NCBI GenBank assembly: GCA_964617525.1
Contig: CAZTWG010000007.1
Coordinates: 1 to 15,045 of the forward strand
Length of the DNA stretch: 15,045 bases
Reading direction: 5' to 3'
Origin: an uncultured Gammaproteobacteria bacterium
GTDB taxonomy: Bacteria; Patescibacteriota; Patescibacteriia; UBA2591; UBA6264
Below the pieces are notes generated by a model, which saw only the letters and a list, made by a program, of their open reading frames with translations, was not told the origin of the DNA and made no database searches. The position numbers and the translations under genes were made by a program. Below, piece after piece: positions 8,130-15,045 of the stretch (its first letter is position 1; each line of letters begins with the position of its first letter).

Positions 8130-8139
8130 TTTAAAATAT

Positions 8140-8832
8140 ATGCCTAATAAATCTAAAATTTTGTCATTATCTTTTTTGTCAGCGCTGTCTTTGTTTATCT
8201 TGGTTTTAGGTTTTTTACAGATTAGGGGAACGATTTATGGTCCGTTTAGAGGTTTTAAAAAATCTAATACAGAGAAAAAAATGACATTAACGCAAGAAGA
8301 GATTTTATCTGTTTTGTCAGAACAGGCTAAACAAGAAGACACGGACAAAGACGGTCTTTCTGATTATGACGAAGTTTATGTCCATAAAACATCTCCATAT
8401 ATTGAAGATTCTGATAGCGACGCTTTCTCTGATGCAGAGGAGGTAGAAGCTGGTAGTGACCCATTAAATTCTTTTTCAACGCCTTATCGTCAGGGCAAGG
8501 ATACAGAAAGCAATTTATCAGAAGATTCTATGCCTCAAGTTACTGAGAACGAACAATTTTCCTCAGAAGATATTCGAAATTTTTTAATTCAAGCGGGAAT
8601 AGATAAAGAAATTCTAGACAATATTGATGACAATGAGTTGAAAAAGTTATATAATAATACTAAAGAAGAAACAGGAATTGACCCGCAGGATTTAGGGTTG
8701 CCATCTTCTCCTGAGGTTGATATTTCTTTATTAAGGCAATCTCTGATAGATGAAGGAGTTGATGCTTTGATGTTAGAACAAATAGATGATGATACGTTAA
8801 AAGCAATGTTTTTGGAAAACTTAAAATATTAA
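8140..8832 (+). CDS. membrane-anchored acidic protein with thrombospondin type-3-like Ca-binding repeats and a duplicated C-terminal helical motif
   Basis: 230-aa ORF starting 10 nt after rsmA. The N-terminal anchor/signal is ILSLSFLSALSLFILVLGFL. It carries TSP3-like repeats and two copies of a ~26-aa motif at a 53-aa offset. TAA stop at 8830-8832, only 3 nt before the giant ORF's ATG. Confidence 0.8.
   Translation: MPNKSKILSLSFLSALSLFILVLGFLQIRGTIYGPFRGFKKSNTEKKMTLTQEEILSVLSEQAKQEDTDKDGLSDYDEVYVHKTSPYIEDSDSDAFSDAEEVEAGSDPLNSFSTPYRQGKDTESNLSEDSMPQVTENEQFSSEDIRNFLIQAGIDKEILDNIDDNELKKLYNNTKEETGIDPQDLGLPSSPEVDISLLRQSLIDEGVDALMLEQIDDDTLKAMFLENLKY
8338..8469 (+). other. thrombospondin type-3-like calcium-binding repeat region (protein domain)
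   Basis: DTDKDGLSDYDEVYVHKTSPYIEDSDSDAFSDAEEVEAGSDPLN follows the bacterial TSP3 pattern D-x-D-x-D-G-x-x-D-x-x-E ... G-[ST]-D-P-x-N. This match is from my memory of the family consensus. Confidence 0.65.
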
Positions 8833-8835
8833 AAC

Positions 8836-8943
8836 ATGAAGTTTAAGAAATTAAATAATATTTTTACGAAAGGAGCAATTTCATCAATAATGCTTATATT
8901 AATTGTTTCTTCTTTTTTGTTTTTACCTGGAAGGGCTCAAGCT
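8836..8943 (+). other. Sec-type signal peptide of the giant protein
   Basis: MKFKKLNNIFTKGAISSIMLILIVSSFLFLPGRAQA|QF has a Lys-rich n-region, a ~16-residue hydrophobic core, and an A-x-A (AQA) cleavage motif. Confidence 0.75.
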
Positions 8944-11900
8944 CAATTTATTGTTAATGATACAGTTAAGACCGTTCGGGATGCAGTTAAATGGGCATGG
9001 GATAAAGGTGGGGCTGTTGCTTATAGAAACTCTTTAAATTTTTTCTTACAACAAGCCGCCAAACAATCTGGTGAATGGCTAGCAACTGGTGATGTAGGCA
9101 AAAAACCAGCATTTTTAACTGATCCAGATTTTTATAAAAAAGCGGGAGACCAAATGTTGGGAGAATTTGTTGATTCTGTGGCGGGTAATTTTTTGGGGCA
9201 GAGTCTTTGCGATACCTTAGATCCAACGGTCAAATTTAATATGTTAGCGACATTAGACCCAAATTATAACAAAATGAAATGGGCAAAAGAGCCAAAATGT
9301 TCTTTTACTCAGATTAAAAAGAATCTTAAAGATGCTAGCAAAAAGAAACTATTTGAATTTTCTGCTGACGTGAAAGAAGGAAAAGTTGCGAAACAGCGCT
9401 CTAGTATTAGCACCATAATCCAAGGTGATCCAATTCTAACTGAAGGGATGAAACATATTTTAGATGGTAAATTGGATATTTGTCCTGGGGATGGCAAAGA
9501 TGTTTTGCAATGTCCTGCAGGAGCGATTAATTGTGGGTTAGGAAATGTTTTTTATTTCTACGAAGAAGGTTATATAGGAGTTGGAGCTCAATTACATAAA
9601 TATACTAATGAATTTGAGGATATTTTGTCAGCCCTAAGGCATGATGAAAAAGTTATAGAACTTGCTCCAGGTGAAGAGGCGCCTGAATTAGATCCAAAAG
9701 CCCCTATAAACCAGACAGCAGCTGCCGCTTTTAAAGATTTAAAGAAAAAATTAGACCCAAAGGAAACAACGGCAAGTATAAGTATATGGGGGGACGGAAC
9801 TGGAGTTGGTTTAAATACGTTAGGTTTAAAATATTTAAATAAAACGAGTTCAGAATGTTCTAGGAAGAGCCCAAGTGATGTGTGTGATGAAAATAAATGT
9901 GTTCTTATATGTGATATTGGTGGAGCTGATTTATGTAAAGCTTCAGAAGAATCTAAATCAGAATGCTATAATCGTATCAAAAGAGTTAATAAATATACAA
10001 AGCAATTAATAGAATGGGCGACGACTCTTTATGATATGATAACTCAGGTTACTGAGAATTGGGAGGCACAACAAGGTATGCCTGACTTGGATCCATTAGA
10101 AGATGCTAGTAATATGTTCAATCCAGAAAGTAATCCTATGGGTATACAGATGGAGTTAAAAAGCAAATTATTTGAAAAACAGACGGATGCGATTGAAAAG
10201 AGTAAAACTTTCAGAGATATCCAAGGCTCAATGAATGCAGTGACCTCAAAAGTTTCTGGCATCGTTAAGCTACCTTCTACTTTTGTGAATGAAAAGGCGC
10301 GAGAATCTGTAAAAGCCGGGACAGCTAGTTTTAATACTTATACGGGCGTGGCTTTAGCTGATGCTCTCGGAGTTTTTGTCAATACTTTTTTAACTCAATA
10401 TGCTAAAGTTTTTATTGAAGGGCTTAACCCTGCTGCTGACAGTAGTAGGGTTACTACTACTAGCGATGAGGACGAAACACCAAATCCAGACACAACATCT
10501 ATTTTAAGCGATATAAAAGTAATTCCTATTAATCAAAGCAGTAATGAAATGACAATTTACGATGAATTCGCGGTTTGTCCTACCGGAACTGACCAAAAGT
10601 ATAAATCTCAATTTAATTGTTTGTTAGACAATAAATTAGCTCGGGCAGTAGAAGAAAGAATGACCATTCAAGAAGCTATGGCAAATGGTCTTCTTAATCA
10701 GGATGAACGTTTGGGTATACGTGGAGACAAAAGCGGTTTGCTATCAAAGAATCATATTCAAAAATTACGGCTGATTGGCATTCTGCCCTTAGGTGCGCAA
10801 ATTGCTAGTGAAATAATTATGGAAGGGCCACATACTAGTAGTGGAGTGACCTTGTCTGACGTAGTAGATGGATTTGACAAAAGGGGAGAAGATGGCATTT
10901 GTGGCACTTCTGACACGGGAGAAAGTGAATTTTGTAATTTAGTTGACCCTAACTGGGTTTTGAAAGCTCCTAGTTATTTGTGTGAAATAACAGGTTATTC
11001 GGCTGTTCCTTTGCGTGATAGTTCTTTTCGCCAAGAATCCTGTTTAGATTTAAAAACATGTATTAACGAGACAGAAAGCAATCAATGTGATACTTGGTCC
11101 TATTGCACTCGCGAAAAGAATGTTTGGCGCTTTGGAGGCAATGAATGTGATTCTCAGTATAATACCTGCACTTCCTATGTTCAAAAGAGTAGTAAAGAGA
11201 TTTCTTCTTATCTTTCCAATACTTTAGATTTTGATAATTGTAGCGCTAGTAACGTGGGCTGTAAGTGGTATTGTTCAAGGTGGGACCAAACATATTCAGG
11301 AGTAGGTGGTGATTGGGCTTGCACGTCTCCTGGTTGGCGGCAATATACTTGTTATTTAGGAGACGTATGTAATGCTTCTAATGGGTGTGACTGTGCTTGT
11401 GACGGAGATAATGGTTGCCCAGATGGTTTGGGGAATTGTTTGGTTGCAATGGGGGGGATTTCTTGCTCTTTGGAGATGCCAGAATTAAGAAATGTAGCCT
11501 TTTTCAGTGACCAGATTAAGGAATGCCAAGAGTCTAACGAGGGCTGTTCTCAATATATTAGAACTAAGCCAGGGATGGGAGTTAACTTTTTGTCTAACGG
11601 AAGCTTTGAGTTGCCTTCTAAAGATGAGGATATTCCTATTGGTTGGCAGGTCAATGGTCCAGTCCAGCAGATTACTCCTTTATCTAGAGCACAAAATGGT
11701 AGCAATGTGGTGCAGATTCAAAATACTGAAACAGCAGTGGATTGCCAATTAAGTCAGTCTATTTATAACATCCCATCGCAAGGCGATTTCGTAGTCTCTG
11801 GATATTATAGGAGGAATGATACTGTGTCCTCTAGTCCTAATATGAAGGTGCAAATTTGCTACGATAATAATTGTTCTGACAAAGATGAAATAGTATCTCC

Positions 11901-14900
11901 GATTGATTTTAATGATAATAACTGGAAATATGTTTCTGTATCCTTATCTTCTGATAAAGAAAAAATTATTGACCATATTGAGGTTTTTGCTTTTGATTCT
12001 CCTAGTTTTACTGGCAATGTTTATGTTGACACAATGCAACTTAGAAACGAACCCATGAATTCATCTTACAGAGAATATGGTTCTAAGGGAATTACTTATT
12101 TAAAAAGTGCTATGGGGTGGATGAATTGCTATGATAGCGACGAAAATAATGATGATGTTGATTGTGAAAATTTTGTTCAAAAGTGTAGTCTAGAAAATGT
12201 TGGTTGCGAGCTTTATTCTCCTGTTGATAATAATATGTCTGATATCCCAGCGTTGGTTAATGATTCAGATTTATGTCCTTACTCTTGTGTTGGTTATGAA
12301 ACTTTCGAAGAAATGCCTACGAATTTTGAGAATAATCAGGACAAGAGATTAGTTCATTTAATCCCGTCAACAGCTCAAAAGTGTTCTGCCCCTGGTTGTG
12401 AGGAGTTTACGAATCTAGACGCAGTTTCTGACGGAGGTGAGGGCAGAGAATATTATACATATTTACGCCAATGCATTAAAACTAATGCTCAGGGCATGGC
12501 AATTGTGAATTCTTCTGGCAACCAAATCTCTCCTGCTTCAGCTGATACTTGTCAGTATTATTATACTTGGGTTGGAGAAGATACAAGTGGGTACCAACTA
12601 AAAAAATATTATTTAGAAGCTGATTCATCTTTGGGAGGACCAGCTCAAGTTAGTCAAAATCCAAATTCAGAGTGGGGGTTGTGCGACGAAGATAATTTAG
12701 ACAATCCTCATTGTAGACAGTTTTATGATGCTATGGGCAACGTTTATTATCGTCTCTACAAAAACACTACTACATGTTCAACGGATTGTAGCCCGTATCG
12801 TCGGGTAATAGACAACTCGATTGAAATGGCGATTGGCGCGGAGGCGGAAGTGTGTAATGCCAGTGATATGGGTTGTAGGGAGTATAAAGGGTCTACTTAT
12901 GGAAATATAAAAAATCTATTTTTAGATAAATTTATTTCTAGTTCTGAACCATGGGAAAATGTTGAAATTAGTTATGAATCAATTAGCTATTTGGGTAATT
13001 CAATAAAAGCAAACGCTAATCTTGCCAAAAGGCCAGTAGATGGTTTGGTTCAAAAGGGAAAGGCTTACTCTCTATCTCTCTGGGTTAAAGGTAGTGGAAA
13101 CTATATAGCTTCTTTCGGAAATGATTTGTATTTTATCACGAGTGAACCTCATAACATTTCAGTTACTTCTAATGATTGGCAGGAAATAAGATTTGGTTCA
13201 ATTTATTTTAATAGAAATCCAGAGAATGATGAAAAATTAATAATTCAAGGCCCAAATCAATTTTATTTAGACAACATTACTCTTAATGAAATTCAAGATA
13301 ATGTTTATTTAATTAAGGATTCTTGGAATACTCCAGAGGTATGCGATATTGACGATGAGGGAAATGTATCGTTGGGCTATATGCTTGGTTGCCAGGCATA
13401 TCGTGACAGATTCCAAGACGCTCATTATCTAAAGTCATTTAGCAATCTTTGTCCAGAAAAAGAAGTTGGGTGCGAAGCTATGATTGATACCCAGAATTCA
13501 ACTTCTCCTTTTAGTGAGGAATTCAATAGCGGGTCTCCTCAGGGAGATGAAATTATTATTCCATCTGATAACTTAATTTATAGAGTTTATGATACAAGCA
13601 AGAGCTGTCTGCCAGAAGATAAAGGATGCCAAAGATTTGGTTTGCCCGAACTTGATTCTAACCAAGAAGCAATTGATTTCACAGATGTTTATTTGTTAAA
13701 TAATCCGGATTTATATAAATTGCAATCTACCTTATGCGATATAGAGGGAGAGGGATGTCAAGAATATGAAGGACAAGTATATTTTAAGGAGCCGACTGAT
13801 AATGTCTGTGAATATCGTGAAAATGTTTTTGTTGGCGGAGAAAACAAAAATGGTTGGTTTAAAAAAGGAACTAAAAATCCTTGCTATACAGAGAACGGTT
13901 TTGCCTATCAACCATATGGGTCAGTTTATGGCATTCGCACAAATAAAGATTCTTTATATGAAGGAATTGTAGGTATTTGTCCTGAAAGTCAGAATGGATG
14001 CACTCGGTTTATCAATCCAGTTGAACAAAATTTAGTTTTAAACGGTGGTTTTGAATTAGATAAGAATGAGGATAATATTCCTGATGGCTGGACTCCATAC
14101 GCTGACCCTGAAAACTCATTTTCGTTAGTAACAGATGGTTGTTTAAGTGGTAGTTGTTGGAGAGTTAATCAATCCATGGATATGGATTCTTTTTCAGCTG
14201 GCAGGCAGTATATAAAAATACAGCCAGGTTCTACTTATGAACTTTCAGCTTGGATAAAGGCAACAGATGATTCTTCTGGTAACAGCAAAATTTATCTTGC
14301 TTATACTGATAGCACGTCCTATAGTGGCCCTACTTGGCCATGGGGCATTATTATTTCTGAACAAAAAGGGTCTACGGACGGAAAATGGATAAAACATACT
14401 GTTACATTGAAAGCTCCTACAGATGCAGTGTATGCTAGCATTTTAGCTCCTTACGTTAATGGTGGTAAGGTGGACATGATGATAGATAATATTTCCTTAA
14501 TAGAAAAGAATTCCCCTAAAGGCAGTTATTATTATTTGAGCGACGGAAATATAGATGAAACTTCTTGTAATGGAATGGTTGGAATAAAAGATGGCTGTGT
14601 ATTATTTAACAATACTTCCTTTTCGGGGAAGCAATATGATTCAGCTTACACTTACGCATTAAGCGAAGCTCAAGGAGATACTTCGGTCCCAGCACAAAGT
14701 GTTGTGAATCCTCAAAGTGACAATGAAGGAGATAGTAATGTAGTTCTTAAGGTAAGACGAGATAGGGTTTGTGGTGAATGGTTACAGTGTTCGGGATATC
14801 GTTCTGTTTGGGATAGTTCTATTGATGAATATCGTCCAGTTTGTGATTCATGGATTCGTTGTGACGAATTAATTGGCTCTGGCAAGCAAGCTCAGTGTGG

Positions 14901-15045
14901 ACATGTTGTTTCTAATCCCAATCCAAGCGTTTTAAACAAAAATGAATATATTAGTCGCGATGTCTCTTGGGCAGGAATGGATTATTCAGGTTATTCTCTG
15001 CCAAATATGTATCCTATAGAAAAATTATTCCCAAGCGAAGATAAC
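8836..15045 (+). CDS. giant secreted cysteine-rich multi-lectin-module surface protein, 3'-partial (>=2,070 aa, continues beyond window)
   Basis: I translated frame 1 by hand, codon by codon, from ATG 8836 to codon 15043-15045 and found no TAA, TAG or TGA. It is not in the supplied track, presumably because no stop lies inside the window. Only short antisense or out-of-frame ORFs are listed across this span. It has a Sec signal peptide, about 76 Cys, three CBM4/9-like modules and recurrent C-x5-G-C-x2-[YFM] motifs. Confidence 0.9.
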   Translation, partial: MKFKKLNNIFTKGAISSIMLILIVSSFLFLPGRAQAQFIVNDTVKTVRDAVKWAWDKGGAVAYRNSLNFFLQQAAKQSGEWLATGDVGKKPAFLTDPDFYKKAGDQMLGEFVDSVAGNFLGQSLCDTLDPTVKFNMLATLDPNYNKMKWAKEPKCSFTQIKKNLKDASKKKLFEFSADVKEGKVAKQRSSISTIIQGDPILTEGMKHILDGKLDICPGDGKDVLQCPAGAINCGLGNVFYFYEEGYIGVGAQLHKYTNEFEDILSALRHDEKVIELAPGEEAPELDPKAPINQTAAAAFKDLKKKLDPKETTASISIWGDGTGVGLNTLGLKYLNKTSSECSRKSPSDVCDENKCVLICDIGGADLCKASEESKSECYNRIKRVNKYTKQLIEWATTLYDMITQVTENWEAQQGMPDLDPLEDASNMFNPESNPMGIQMELKSKLFEKQTDAIEKSKTFRDIQGSMNAVTSKVSGIVKLPSTFVNEKARESVKAGTASFNTYTGVALADALGVFVNTFLTQYAKVFIEGLNPAADSSRVTTTSDEDETPNPDTTSILSDIKVIPINQSSNEMTIYDEFAVCPTGTDQKYKSQFNCLLDNKLARAVEERMTIQEAMANGLLNQDERLGIRGDKSGLLSKNHIQKLRLIGILPLGAQIASEIIMEGPHTSSGVTLSDVVDGFDKRGEDGICGTSDTGESEFCNLVDPNWVLKAPSYLCEITGYSAVPLRDSSFRQESCLDLKTCINETESNQCDTWSYCTREKNVWRFGGNECDSQYNTCTSYVQKSSKEISSYLSNTLDFDNCSASNVGCKWYCSRWDQTYSGVGGDWACTSPGWRQYTCYLGDVCNASNGCDCACDGDNGCPDGLGNCLVAMGGISCSLEMPELRNVAFFSDQIKECQESNEGCSQYIRTKPGMGVNFLSNGSFELPSKDEDIPIGWQVNGPVQQITPLSRAQNGSNVVQIQNTETAVDCQLSQSIYNIPSQGDFVVSGYYRRNDTVSSSPNMKVQICYDNNCSDKDEIVSPIDFNDNNWKYVSVSLSSDKEKIIDHIEVFAFDSPSFTGNVYVDTMQLRNEPMNSSYREYGSKGITYLKSAMGWMNCYDSDENNDDVDCENFVQKCSLENVGCELYSPVDNNMSDIPALVNDSDLCPYSCVGYETFEEMPTNFENNQDKRLVHLIPSTAQKCSAPGCEEFTNLDAVSDGGEGREYYTYLRQCIKTNAQGMAIVNSSGNQISPASADTCQYYYTWVGEDTSGYQLKKYYLEADSSLGGPAQVSQNPNSEWGLCDEDNLDNPHCRQFYDAMGNVYYRLYKNTTTCSTDCSPYRRVIDNSIEMAIGAEAEVCNASDMGCREYKGSTYGNIKNLFLDKFISSSEPWENVEISYESISYLGNSIKANANLAKRPVDGLVQKGKAYSLSLWVKGSGNYIASFGNDLYFITSEPHNISVTSNDWQEIRFGSIYFNRNPENDEKLIIQGPNQFYLDNITLNEIQDNVYLIKDSWNTPEVCDIDDEGNVSLGYMLGCQAYRDRFQDAHYLKSFSNLCPEKEVGCEAMIDTQNSTSPFSEEFNSGSPQGDEIIIPSDNLIYRVYDTSKSCLPEDKGCQRFGLPELDSNQEAIDFTDVYLLNNPDLYKLQSTLCDIEGEGCQEYEGQVYFKEPTDNVCEYRENVFVGGENKNGWFKKGTKNPCYTENGFAYQPYGSVYGIRTNKDSLYEGIVGICPESQNGCTRFINPVEQNLVLNGGFELDKNEDNIPDGWTPYADPENSFSLVTDGCLSGSCWRVNQSMDMDSFSAGRQYIKIQPGSTYELSAWIKATDDSSGNSKIYLAYTDSTSYSGPTWPWGIIISEQKGSTDGKWIKHTVTLKAPTDAVYASILAPYVNGGKVDMMIDNISLIEKNSPKGSYYYLSDGNIDETSCNGMVGIKDGCVLFNNTSFSGKQYDSAYTYALSEAQGDTSVPAQSVVNPQSDNEGDSNVVLKVRRDRVCGEWLQCSGYRSVWDSSIDEYRPVCDSWIRCDELIGSGKQAQCGHVVSNPNPSVLNKNEYISRDVSWAGMDYSGYSLPNMYPIEKLFPSEDN
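11581..12051 (+). other. CBM4/9-like (galactose-binding-like jelly-roll) module 1 of giant protein
   Basis: VNFLSNGSFE...IPIGWQVNG ... GDFVVSGYYRRN ... NNWKYVSVSL ... GNVYVDTMQL. It shows the family-typical N-x-x-x-N-G-x-F-E entry, the G-x-x-Y/F-x-x-S-x-[WY] strand, the central W and the closing [VY]-x-D-x-x-x-L strand. This match is from memory of PF02018-type domains. Confidence 0.6.
12913..13293 (+). other. CBM4/9-like module 2 (most diverged)
   Basis: NLFLDKFISSSEPWENV ... GKAYSLSLWVKGSG ... NDWQEIRFGS ... NQFYLDNITLNE. It keeps the same order of landmarks as modules 1 and 3 but lacks the NGxFE entry. Confidence 0.45.
14029..14508 (+). other. CBM4/9-like module 3 (best match)
   Basis: NLVLNGGFELDKNEDNIPDGWTPY ... 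GSTYELSAWIKATDD ... GKWIKHTVTLKAP ... GKVDMMIDNISLIE. Confidence 0.65.

Larger units (their letters stand above)
11239..14010 (+). repeat. protein-level mini-repeat C-x5-G-C-x2-[YFM], 8 exact-spacing copies
   Basis: The eight copies are NCSASNVGCKWY (11239-11271), ECQESNEGCSQY (11524-11556), KCSLENVGCELY (12184-12216), VCNASDMGCREY (12853-12885), LCPEKEVGCEAM (13450-13482), SCLPEDKGCQRF (13606-13638), LCDIEGEGCQEY (13735-13767) and ICPESQNGCTRF (13978-14010). Degenerate relatives are CSAPGCEEF (12382-12408), LGCQAY (13387-13401) and SCNGMVGIKDGCVLF (14566-14607). Confidence 0.75.

Noticed and set aside
8830-8838. The 8140 ORF and the giant ORF are in the same frame, separated only by TAA-AAC. 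I considered stop-codon readthrough or a split single gene.
   Set aside because: The downstream ORF begins with its own complete signal peptide, which makes sense only as an independent N-terminus. TAA is a strong stop. Tight coupling is the simpler reading.
8987-13972. Track ORFs 8987..9226(-), 9309..9497(-), 10044..10262(-), 11507..11752(+, frame 2) and 13766..13972(+, frame 2).
   Set aside because: All lie inside the giant frame-1 ORF. They are short, lack recognisable motifs and are typical shadow ORFs.
8836-15045. The region appears ORF-free in the supplied track. I considered a non-coding region, a degraded pseudogene or an exotic repeat/CRISPR-like locus.
   Set aside because: Hand translation shows a single uninterrupted frame-1 ORF with a signal peptide and protein-like domain structure. 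I saw no direct-repeat/spacer periodicity. The absence from the track is explained by the ORF having no stop inside the window.
1-15045. Alternative genetic code (UGA recoded, as in SR1/Gracilibacteria or mycoplasmas), considered because of the CPR-like style.
   Set aside because: TGA is the natural stop of ruvC (3176-3178), leuS (7070-7072) and the 54..1700 gene. Their lengths and C-termini are normal, and the giant ORF contains no in-frame TGA.

Overview
This is an AT-rich, gene-dense bacterial window that reads with the standard genetic code: TGA closes the 54..1700 gene, ruvC and leuS. The left ~8.1 kb is core housekeeping. It holds a polytopic GT-C-like membrane protein (-), the classic yebC-ruvC pair (+), a convergent LysM-LysM-CHAP cell-wall hydrolase (-) behind a bidirectional terminator, then leuS and rsmA/ksgA (+). 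The right ~6.9 kb is the interesting part. A small membrane-anchored acidic protein with thrombospondin-type-3-like Ca-binding repeats (8140..8832) is followed 3 nt later by a giant ORF. That ORF starts at ATG 8836, has a clean Sec signal peptide, and stays open for 2,070 codons to the window edge. It is absent from the supplied six-frame track, presumably because it has no stop inside the window, so the region only looks empty. By hand translation the protein is Cys-rich (about 76 Cys). It has a Cys-poor N-terminal region of about 500 aa, a very Cys-dense block, and three diverged CBM4/9-like lectin modules, each entered through the same junction motif (C-x5-G-C-x2-[YF]). I propose the 8140 gene plus the giant ORF as a candidate uncharacterised surface or attachment system. 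Other observations are a repeated intergenic element (after yebC and after leuS), no Shine-Dalgarno sequence at any of the eight starts, and a low-complexity insertion with a perfect 14-nt tandem duplication inside rsmA. The overall style (low GC, tiny spacers, giant secreted Cys-rich protein) fits a small-genome episymbiont such as CPR/Patescibacteria, but that is inference only. I recognised no rRNA, tRNA, CRISPR array, transposase or integrase.
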